From Asterias rubens (lineage: Eukaryota): DNA of 64,000 nucleotides. Position 1 is the first letter of the stretch. Every line of letters begins with the position of its first letter. Shown one piece after another: positions 44,001 to 53,046 of this stretch. Under the pieces are notes generated by a model. That model was not told where the DNA came from, searched no databases, and worked only from the letters and a program-made list of their open reading frames with translations. The stretch covers positions 22,940,001-23,004,000 of the forward strand of contig NC_047062.1 of NCBI RefSeq assembly GCF_902459465.1. The letters are read 5' to 3'. The translations under genes were made by a program, and so were the position numbers.

Positions 44001-47000
44001 GGCATGCCCAACGGAGAATTTGGCTTCCTTGTTGGGGTAAGTTAATGGATTTTGCTGATCTTCCCAACCTAATGAGAGATAATGAGAATGATTCCGACCT
44101 GTCATTGGTCACAGATGACCAATTTTCCATAAGATCAGGTTACAGGGAAGGACTGGTTCTTCACTTCACCACTGGTCACTTTCTAATTTTATCAAAACCT
44201 ATTTATTAGCCTGTTTATTTTGATATAAAAACTACTGACTACTAATTCCCTATTGGCTTCACCACTGGTCACTTTCTAATTGTATCCAAACCTATTTATT
44301 AGCCTGTTTATTTTGATATAAAAACTACTGACTACTAATTCCCTATTCGCTTCACCACTGGTCACTTTCTAATTGTATCAAAACCTATTTTATATTAGCC
44401 TGTTTATTTTGATATAAAAACTACTGACAACCAATTCCCTATTCGCTTCTCCACTGGTCACTTTCTAATTGTATCAAAACCTATTTATTAGCCTGTTTAT
44501 TTTGACATAAAAACTACTGACTACTTATTCCCTATCCCTGCCTCTTTCCCCTTTTCAGCAAAATGGAAGTGCCCACGATGAGTTCACCGTATTCACAGGT
44601 GGGGATGTGAGGTCCAAAATCAACCTTATTGAGAGTTGGAATGGAAACGATAAGCTGTCATGGTGGCATACCCGCTATGCAAATATGATCAATGGCACAG
44701 GTGAGGTCGGAGGAGCAAATGTCGAGTTCGTAAGAGAGGTTTGCATTAACACCATGTGAATATCTCTTTTTGAGTAGTGTCGGTTCTGAAAAGAATCAGT
44801 GGTTAACGACTTGAAATTTTGATCAGTATGCTCTGATCGTCTTCAGGAGAATGCTGGACTCTCTCAATCCAAGTCAAGCATTCTCCTGAAGACGATCAGA
44901 GCATACTAATCAAACATTGAATCGTTAACCACTGGTTCTTTTCAGAACCAACACTACTCAAAAAGAGATATTCAATTGGCAAATTATAGCAAACCCCTCT
45001 TAGTCATACTTCCCCCATACAAAGTTTCAAATCCTTCTTAAATGTGGATTTGATACATGAGTGCCAAGGAGGTTCTAAGAAAAGCCTTGAGATTGTTGTT
45101 ATTTTTAATCCATGCATAAGTGTGATGTAATTCCAAGCCACGCCAATTTCACACAAACTGGCTCCAGTGATTACCAGAAGCTCACAGGTACTAACCTAGT
45201 TTCTGTGGGGATTTATGTCATGAAAAAAAGGGTCTTTGGGCTTTGCAAAAGTTGAATGCCTTGTTAGAAGTTTTTAGTTTCTGTCATAAGAATTGCACTT
45301 GAACAAATAAACGTATGCCCGTACCATCGGAGCTGGAATTAGTAGCAAAACATTGCAGGTGCAGCAGATTTACAAGGATAGCCTTTATCCCAACTCCTTG
45401 ATTTCTCCAGCTCTTGTTTCTTAGTCTCCACCCCAAACCCTACACTGAACAGAATGACCTTATTCCTACCTCCCTGATTTCTCCAACTTTTGTTTCTTAG
45501 TATCCCACCCCATACCCTACAACAGCATTGCCTTAACAATAATAATATTCGTTTTTCATATAGCGCTTTATACACCATGTCTCAGAGTGCTGCCAACATT
45601 ATTACCCTGATCACTGGGCATTTCATTTCTTAAACCATCTCGGCTCCCTTGGGAGTATACAGCCTGTGCCACCAAATATGTAGTCCACTAAGCTAAACCA
45701 ACCACAAGAACCATCTCTGCCCTCACAGGTACTCATTTACCCCCAGGGTGGAGAGAAGCAATTATAGGAAAGTGTCTTGCTCGAGGCCACAAGTGTCATG
45801 ACCAGGATTCGAACCTACACTCTGCTGTAGCACCAGAGCGCGAGTTCGGTGCTCTTATCCACTCGGCCACGACACCCCACATCCCAACTCCTTGATTTCT
45901 CCAGCTCTTGTGTCAGTGTCCCTGACCACCCCCCACCCCTCCCCACCGCATATCACACTTTCCACTCATTATGGGACTCTCATGTAATGTTAATATCATA
46001 TGTTTTGTTCACCTACAGATGGTGTGATGTTTCATTCTTTTGTTACTGAAAAAGACACACTACATCTGTTTCAACCAAACTTATGCAGGTTAGAAACAAA
46101 AAGCTTATTAAATCTAATAACATTTCTCAGTGAGTTGACTTACCATTTGAAACGTTTAAACTGCTTGGGCTGTGGGGTGTGCTGCACACATAATTAAACA
46201 CAACAGGGCCAAAGACTCTCAGAAAAGCAAACTTAATCACTGTACTAGCCAAGAACCCAATGGAGAGAAGACAAGGAAAGAAGATGCCGGAGGAAAACCC
46301 CAGAGAATTATTTCAGGGAAAACTCACACAGTCAGGTAGGGACTGAAAACCTAATCCACATAGTGCCCCTGGTGGGATTCAAACGGGGGTCCCAGAGGTG
46401 GAAGGCGAGGAAAGATGCCCGACCAACTTGTGGATCACAAATTCAGGTCATACCCAATTTTTTTTCCCCACCTCTTAACATGTCTGATGTTGAAGCCTTT
46501 GTAGCGCTCACTTTCCACGAAATTTCATTCCAGATCAATGCCATTTGTCTTTGACCGTGAAAAATCCGTCCGTGGTGTACCTCTGACGAGTTTCTACCTC
46601 CCTCCGACAGTGTACCAAAACAGTAGTGATTTCCCTTCAAACGCTGGCTTCTGCGATGCTAAGACCGAAGCCTGCGGGCCCTCCGGACAGATGAGAGTTG
46701 ACAAGTGCAGGTTTGGTATGTAGTTGATGTTGTTCTGATTCTTTTGTAACAGGTTGATGGTTGTCATTATCATCATCATGGTGATGTCTGTGCGCAAACA
46801 GCACACAGGCCTTGCTCATTGGCTACAATTTGTTCGTTTTGTGAATTGTTCATTTCTATTGTTAGGCATATTGAGTGGCTTGGAGATGTTGCTTTGTTTC
46901 AACACCAACCATCCCCAGAAAGTTGCTGTTGGTAGGTTCGCATATGTGCTCCACCTCTACGATAGGGTTCATGGATGTCATGGAGAGGAACAAAGTCAAA

Positions 47001-50000
47001 ATGTATTGTTCGCTTTGGCACGCTCTAAAAATCTTGACCGCTTATGTTACAACACAGGGATCTGAATGCAGACTTTTAAAGTCTGCCTGTTGAAGAAAAC
47101 CAGCTGTTAATTTTGTCGACATAATGGTGTACTAGGGCTGTAATCACTGTTTCTAAAAGCTCTAAGAAGTTTAACCCAAGGGGTTTCTAAAAGGTGGAAA
47201 TGCCAACATTTCAAACTGACCTTTCTAAAATGTGGGTCCTGGTTTCAGACTTTTTTGTCAGCAATGACTCTTACCAAGAAATATAAATCTTTTATACTCC
47301 TTGGAGTTCCTTTTTCCAAGTTCTTATCAGCAAAAACATCAACCACATATCAATTAATCAAGAGATTCAATTCTTGTATATTCCTCAGGAGTTCCTACTT
47401 CAATATCCAACCCACATTTTCTATATGGAGACAAATCGTTGATAAATGGAGTTTACGGCTTGGATCCAGACCCTGCCAAACATAAGAACTATTTTTCGGT
47501 GCAACCTGTAAGTATTCACTAAAACTCACTTCCTTTTTAACTTGTTTCAGTAATCATTCTAGAAAAGTATTCGCATATTTGTGGATGTATATTTTGTTAC
47601 CAAGTGCAGCTTTTTATATGGAGTAGCTGAATTTGTATGCAGTTTTAATTATGTTGAAGTTCTTCAATAATTCAACCTTTGCATTTCCCCGTTCACTGAC
47701 ACTCAAACAAAGCTTCTGTCTGCCCAGGATCTGACGTTTGGGTTGTAAAATTGCAGAACAACAAAAAACATTCTGAACAACTACTCAACTGCTTTCTCAC
47801 AATGCTTTTGATTTGCAGATATTAGGGGTAACATTTGAGCTGAAGTTTCGTCTTCAACTGAATCTGTTCCTAGACAAAGTAGCTGGAATAAGGTAATAAT
47901 AATACGTAGCTTCCATATAGTGCTTTATCACACCTGAAATGCATCTCACAGCTCTCATTATTTTACAACATATGAAAAGCTATGTTTGAATTATGAGACC
48001 CTTTTATACAGCTTGTTATAAGGGTTTACAAGGTGATGTGGTGCAGTTCAATATCTTAGGGAAATTTCTCACCCAATGTTTCTGCCCCCTGGCAAATTAA
48101 CATAGGCTGAAAGAGGTTGAACCAAAAGAGGACGCTATCAGAAGAAGTTTGTGCACAGTTTGCCATAGGGGGAAAGAACTTCTGCCACACCGGTAGTAAC
48201 CATGCAAGAAACACTAGAGCAACTGCTTCTCTTTGCGATAAGTGTACAGCCTTCGATTTTACGAAACTCTTCCTAACATAAGACTAATCTTAGGACGAGT
48301 CCCAACCCTGCACTGTACCATGCACACCTTAAGATTAATCCTACGTGTAAGTAGATAAGACGAGTCCTAACTCTTTGTGAAATCGACCCCTGGGTTCTTT
48401 TATATATGCATTATACAACACAGAAGACCTACGACATGTTTTATTTGTTTATGCACTTATATTTTTCAGAGACATGGAGAGTATAACGCCAGTTTATTTC
48501 CCGATGGTGTGGTTTGAGCAGGTAGGATAATTTGTTCTTAAAGTATGGCTTTTGCCTTTTGCTTTCACAATTTTCAGGCATTCAACTTTAATGAACATTC
48601 GTAATCTTTCAAGAGACCATTCATTTACGCCCCAACACTTGAAATATTGTTAATTTGTTATCGCAATTTCTTTCAGTAAAAAGTCTTGAAAAAAAATATA
48701 TACAAAGCAGAAATGTGGTTTTGCTCTACAAAATGTAGATACAATGTTCACATGGGAAATATTGGAAACTGCAATTCAGACCACTACCTTTACTTTGACC
48801 TTTGTTGTTTGAGCTCAAGTAGGTCAAATAGCTCCATGGTCAAATCTCACAGTTGTCTGCAGCCCACTATGTGCATTTTGGTACAAAAGTAAGTCGCCAC
48901 TATGGTGTCTAAAGGGTTCAGAATTCAACTTGTACTTCACTTGTAAAGTAATTGACCTTGAAGTGAAGTTTGAAGAGCACTGTGTTATTGTACAATGCAT
49001 GCTAACACTGTGATATGGTCCAAGCGTTGTTCAAGTGGTTTAGAACCATCAAATTCTTACTAAGTATCTTGTACACAATCTAGGTCATTGCAGAACCTGT
49101 GTGCATATCTGCTGTGCGCTCAAAGTTTGCGTTACTTCTGAGCTTACACATGTTGGGTGTAATTTTGTAATTTTAACCAAAATCACCATTTCATCGTTTC
49201 AAATTGTGAGATGTTTTGTCTTTGAAGAAAGTATTAAAAAGCCAAGACCAATTATTATATTGGTTGATTTTTATGAATAATATGTTTTATTGATTCATTC
49301 TTCTAGTCGTTCGAAGCCAATGATTGGATGGTGAATACATATTCAAGTAACGTTGGTGTACCTACACTGATATGTCAGATAGCTCAGTACTGCCTGTTAG
49401 CCATTGGTGTCATTATTGCTGTGCTAAGTATAGTAGCCATCATCAGGAAAAGAAGTAAATCCGGTCATGAGAGACAACCATTGGTAAGTTATTAAAGGCA
49501 CTGAACACGTTTGGTAATTGTCAAAGACCAGTATTCTCACGCGGTGTGTCCCAACATATGCATAAAATAACAAGCCTGTGAAAATTTGAACTCAGTTGGT
49601 CATTGAAGTTGCAAGAAAATGCTGAAAGAAAATACACACTTGTTGTATAAAATAGTGTGCTTTCAGATAGGACCAGAAGTCTTTTATTATTTTAGTGAGA
49701 AATTGCTTCTTTCTCAAAAACTACATTACTTCAGAGGGAGTAGTTTCTCACAATGTTTTATACTTTACAACTCTCTGTTGCTCGTTACAAAGTAGGGTTT
49801 GATGCTAATTGAGTAATTACCAAACGTGAACAGTGCCTTTAACATTAATTCTTGATACTTTGAAGGTAGGGTCATACTATGATAATGACTCAGAAGAAAG
49901 TCTGCTTTTTCTAAAGAGGGTTTTGGTAGTAAGCATCCAGTGAATTTATTTGTGTGAAATGCCCCCGTTGAATTCAAATCAACAAAAGTTTGTCAAACAA

Positions 50001-50561
50001 TTTGAATCTCCAAAGATTGCCCGAAGGCAGCTTTTGGAGATTGAGAATTCTGTGGTGTCCACTTGGGAGTGCTTGCTGTCATCTTGCAAAACATGGATGG
50101 GTTCTATGTGGTATTCATTTTACTTCAGTCTGATTTCTGTCTTGTTTGTTTTTGTTATTGGAGAAATTAGCCAAATTAATAATTCATTTAGTACAAAGCC
50201 TGTAATACAGCCCTTGTACTAAATAAAACAGTCCTACTTGATTCAAGGGCCAAATATCATTTCTGTTATTAACTACATTCTTGCTATGTTGATCCTGTCA
50301 ATACTTGTCTATGCCTTTTTTTTCATAAAGTAAGTTTACATTATATTATATCGGATGTGTTGTCACACAAACAAATCACTAAAAAAGTAACCAGACTTAA
50401 AATTTCTCAGATTGCTGAACCCTAGACAGAAAACTATGATACTCCATTGGTTATTATCAAATACTTGTCAGACTTGAACACTTGTATTTTTTGTTCTTTT
50501 GTATTTCTAGCTTTCGCCTGATCATCAGATCAACCACACTGGGAATGTAGAGAGCATCTAA
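40967..50561 (+). CDS. SCARB2: CD36/scavenger receptor class B family protein, paralogue B (lysosome membrane protein 2-like); join(40967..41083,42483..42640,43061..43202,43830..44036,44559..44700,46019..46088,46534..46715,47389..47507,47819..47892,48470..48521,49307..49483,50511..50561) = 1491 nt, 496 aa
   Basis: Motifs FYFFDVVNSDEVLTG, GPYVYR, LTVEELLWGYPD, WNG..LSWW...NMINGTDG, LCRS, GFC...C.PSG, SNPHF, PMVWFE, two TMs, and tail ERQPLL like LIMP-2 ERAPLI. All introns GT-AG. Family is certain; the SCARB2 label is a best match, not proven orthology. Confidence 0.9.
41122..41502. mobile_element. K1 MITE
   Basis: TTAA|AGACAGTGGACACTATTGG...CCAATAGTGTCCACTGCCTT|TTAA. Confidence 0.88.
41557..41975 (-). 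mobile_element. Two adjacent copies (about 41557-41677 and 41780-41975) of a repeat containing a tRNA-like segment
   Basis: Direct duplication of CCTGCAATCTCTGGATTA.CGTGCTCA..TGAGCTAAT.GCCCTAATATTG...GTTGGTGGTCTCCCTA; minus strand has degenerate A/B-box-like motifs. Confidence 0.55.
42223..42455. mobile_element. Palindromic MITE core
   Basis: Long imperfect inverted repeat ATTAAACTTACAC.GTTTGAA.ATA.TG.TGGTAGAAAGCTT... and its complement. Confidence 0.7.
42483..42640 (+). CDS. SCARB2: SCARB2-like paralogue B exon 2
   Basis: cttgtag|; ...IYWRFYFFDVVNSDEVLTG...GPYVY; AG|gtgaga. Confidence 0.95.
42678..42987 (-). mobile_element. SINE, A2-related variant body (A3)
   Basis: Related head and AATGGGTACC...CTCCCCAGGGAGCTGAG blocks, with a different middle segment. 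Confidence 0.7.
43061..43202 (+). CDS. SCARB2: SCARB2-like paralogue B exon 3
   Basis: ttcttttag|; LEMHRQNLTINSNNT...VNVPFA; GCT|gtaagt. Confidence 0.93.
43252..43392. mobile_element. Degenerate copy of the GATTTCACAAAG MITE
   Basis: TIR-like ends GATTTCACAAAGA / CTCTTTGTGAAATC. Confidence 0.65.
43830..44036 (+). CDS. SCARB2: SCARB2-like paralogue B exon 4
   Basis: gttcacag|; ...KLTVEELLWGYPDELL...FGFLVG; GGG|gtaagt. Confidence 0.93.
44164..44535 (+). repeat. 93-bp tandem repeat x4 abutting the 3' splice site of paralogue B exon 5
   Basis: Units start at 44164, 44257, 44350, 44446 (third unit has a 3-nt insertion). Confidence 0.95.
44559..44700 (+). CDS. SCARB2: SCARB2-like paralogue B exon 5
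   Basis: ccccttttcag|; QNGSAHDEFTVFTGG...SWNGNDKLSWWHTRYANMINGT; G|gtgagg. Confidence 0.95.
44729..45003. mobile_element. Palindromic MITE; one arm also at about 33905-34036
   Basis: Arms ATATCTCTTTTTGAGTAGTGT.GGTTCTGAAAAGAA.CAGTGGTTAACGA...TGCTCTGATCGTCTTCAGGAGAATGCT and complement. Confidence 0.85.
45535..45878 (-). mobile_element. SINE type A2
   Basis: Reverse-complement match to 6213-6549; sits within a short degenerate tandem repeat (GATTTCTCCA..T.TTGT units at about 45395, 45475, 45893). Confidence 0.85.
46019..46088 (+). CDS. SCARB2: SCARB2-like paralogue B exon 6
   Basis: acctacag|; GVMFHSFVTEKDTLHLFQPNLC; AG|gttaga. Confidence 0.92.
46225..46432 (-). mobile_element. Second SINE family (V-domain-like: ATGTGGATT.GGTTTT.CAGTCC...GTTTTCCC...TTTTCCTC)
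   Basis: Related copies at about 33251-33345 (+) and 59581-59740 (+); tRNA-like head. The V-SINE resemblance is from memory. Confidence 0.6.
46534..46715 (+). CDS. SCARB2: SCARB2-like paralogue B exon 7
   Basis: cattccag|; SMPFVFDRE...NAGFCDAKTEACGPSGQMRVDKCRF; G|gtatgt. Confidence 0.94.
47389..47507 (+). CDS. SCARB2: SCARB2-like paralogue B exon 8
   Basis: ttcctcag|; VPTSISNPHFLYGD...YFSVQP; CCT|gtaagt. Confidence 0.93.
47819..47892 (+). CDS. SCARB2: SCARB2-like paralogue B exon 9
   Basis: atttgcag|; ILGVTFELKFRLQLNLFLDKVAGI; AG|gtaata. Confidence 0.9.
47894..48415 (-). mobile_element. Degenerate A1-like SINE carrying a nested MITE (about 48240-48389)
   Basis: CGATAAGTG(T)AC..|MITE|CTGGGTTCTTTTA..ATGC..TA.ACAACA matches the A1 body either side of the insert. 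Confidence 0.6.
48470..48521 (+). CDS. SCARB2: SCARB2-like paralogue B exon 10
   Basis: tttttcag|; DMESITPVYFPMVWFEQ; CAG|gtagga. Confidence 0.92.
49307..49483 (+). CDS. SCARB2: SCARB2-like paralogue B exon 11 (C-terminal TM)
   Basis: ttcttctag|; ...YCLLAIGVIIAVLSIVAIIRKRSKSGHERQPL; TTG|gtaagt. Confidence 0.92.
49496..49838. mobile_element. K1-variant MITE
   Basis: TTAA at 49492-95 and 49839-42; TIR AGGCACTGAACACGTTTGGTAATT. Confidence 0.85.
50511..50561 (+). CDS. SCARB2: SCARB2-like paralogue B exon 12
   Basis: gtatttctag|; LSPDHQINHTGNVESI then TAA; first codon completes ERQPLL. Confidence 0.78.
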   Translation, partial: LSPDHQINHTGNVESI

Positions 50562-52766
50562 CAGTGTCTAACAAAGATATCTTAAAATAACGTCTGTTCT
50601 AGAATGCAGAAGGTTGTGATTTTGAATCCAACTGGAGGTGTATGATGACTCATCGAGAAAGCATCAAGTAACCTGTTTCATTATCAAAAACATCAAGGCT
50701 GTAAAATGGATTAGCTTTTTAAAAAACCTTAACCTGTTTTTGTCCAATATTTGTATTATAAACACTGGGATTCTTTGGTTCATGTTGGGATTGAATAGCA
50801 TCATTAAAAAACAGCCCATTACATATCAAGCCATCTTTAATTCATTTAATTTCCTGGTATTTTTTTGTAGTCAAAGTTTGTTCAAAGTCACCCCAGGGTT
50901 TGGGCTGACTTTGAACAGCCGATTTGAATACCTGGTTTTCCAATCAATACATCTTTTAGGGAGTAACACTGTTACATTTGGACAACAAAATGGGTTTTCT
51001 AACTCAAAACAACTTGAACAAAAGCATGAAAAGCAAAAGGCAATGAATAACACAGAAGAACCATAGTCATTTTATATACTCAAACATCACCCTATAGGAA
51101 TATATAGAAACATTTTGTGAAATATTAATAAGTAAAAGATATTACATGAAATATTAGTTTTACCATGTTGAGTAATAAGTCACGCTCGGTCCAAAGCCAC
51201 CCCTGTTTAGGGTGCTGGATAAAAATTGAAATCATATTGTTGTATTTACTCTATGCAATAACCGCATTAACCAAATTTGTTAAACTTTCACGAAATCATG
51301 TTGAAAATTGTTGAGATCATCCTATGTGTGCTAACTTTTTTTTTTCTGGAAACAAATATTTGTGTTTCTTGCCAGTGTGAACTATGGAATCATATGATGA
51401 TTAATTTTGAACGAGGACATTTTTAATCCTACACTTTATATCTAACTAATAAGAGGAAAACACTTTTTAAAAGTATTTTCCTGTTTTGGTTTGATATCTC
51501 AGTGGAATCTTAGTAGGTTGAACGTCTTACAATTAAAATCAAACACCACATCATTTTGTGAAGGTGTAATTTTTAATGTGCAAAATGGGTATATTATATA
51601 TAATAATTTTTTTACCAAAGATAAAAGAAAAGATGTGTTTGGGGGAGGACGATGTTTCCCCTGCCTAACTGTATCATTATTTGGTAATTGATATTTATGT
51701 GTATGTTTACAGCCAAGTTGTTTTGTCCGAAATAGGAGTAGTGTGACCATTCTATCTATACCAAGTATTTAAACAATTTAAGATCTGCACTGCCAGTGAT
51801 TTAGTTGGTGAAACATTTATTTCACATGCTTTTGATCTACATATAAAATATTCTCTCTCTTGGAATTTTGTTTATTTTTATAATTTTTGTATTTTTTAAG
51901 TTTAGTATTTGATACTAGATAGCATTACTTTGTCCCCTGAAATCGTGAGGTTACATAAATGAGTAGATTTAGAGTCAATTTAGCACCCCTCTCACCATCC
52001 GTATCATCATCATCCTAACCTTAGGGGCAGCGGATATACCAATTACATCTCTGGAACAGCTATGCAACCCCTTCACATTAAAATCTTAAAGATTCACTGA
52101 TTCACTCATTCAAAAAGTCTCTAAAAACTCACCTCATGTAGTTCCTCTCACTGAAATTTCCTTCGAACCCTTCCCTTTTTTCTTCTTTTTTTCTTTCTTT
52201 GTTACAGCTTTATAAGTTTTTGTTATTGTTATTATTACACTTATTATTATTCCATTGTTGATTTAATTCACCAATAACAATAGCTTCATCCTGTCACCAA
52301 ATGCTCTAACTCCATGCAATTCGGACACTGCCTAAAGGTTGCACCCAAGGCATGAAGTTTCTATTTTTAAAATAGAGCATGATGATGTTTTCAAAATGGC
52401 TGTTTTGATACTTTTGCATCAGTGTTTACATGAAAACAGTGCCTGACTTTCAGTAAAATTAAGGTAAACATGTTTAAACTGTTTTTTTTCAATATGTTTT
52501 TGTAAGCTTATAAATGAAACACTTTTAATTTTGAAGAATTGAAAGTACAACTGTGATTTATCTACCTCATTCTTAATTTTGTAAAATGTTTGAATTTTAT
52601 CACACAAAATTTGTAAATCTAAATCATGAGTAGATGAGTGAATATTAAAACGTATGAGAAAGTGAGGCAATACTTCTGTACTTTATAGTACTTATTTTTG
52701 AATTATTTATGATATGTATTTTTTCTTATCATATTTAATAAAGGGGAGTTTCTTTTTGTGTTTATG

Positions 52767-53046
52767 ATAATAATAATAATAATAATAAGACTTGTAATGC
52801 GCACATATCCACCCTGCTGGGTGTTCAAGGCGCAGTAAAACCAAAAACAAAAACAAAAACAAAACACAACACAAAGAAAAACAGACACAACAAAATTAGT
52901 CATTGAAAACCTGTGACATAAGATAAGTTTTGAGAAGAGACTTGAATTTTGCAGTACAAAGACAAGATCGAAGATTAAGTGGTAGAGAGTTCCAGATGCG
53001 TGGCGCGGCTGAAGAAAAAGACCTGTCACCCCATGAGTGTCGAGAC
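52767..53046 (-). mobile_element. 3' fragment of the same LINE with (ATT)n tail
   Basis: Nearly identical to 34904-35142 (two substitutions and a small A-run indel by eye); (TAA)7 tail on + strand; TTATG on both flanks (52762-66, 53047-51), a possible TSD. Confidence 0.9.

Noticed and set aside
3588-49495. Apparent preference of insertions for positions just after splice donors (3617, 25336, 41122, 44729, 47894, 49496)
   Set aside because: Repeat density is very high and others lie equally near acceptors (34288, 42455); no test is possible by eye.
36457-50561. PDZ-binding C-termini (KDIV in A, VESI in B)
   Set aside because: Only a loose [DE]-x-hydrophobic match, common by chance, and both last exons lack homology support.
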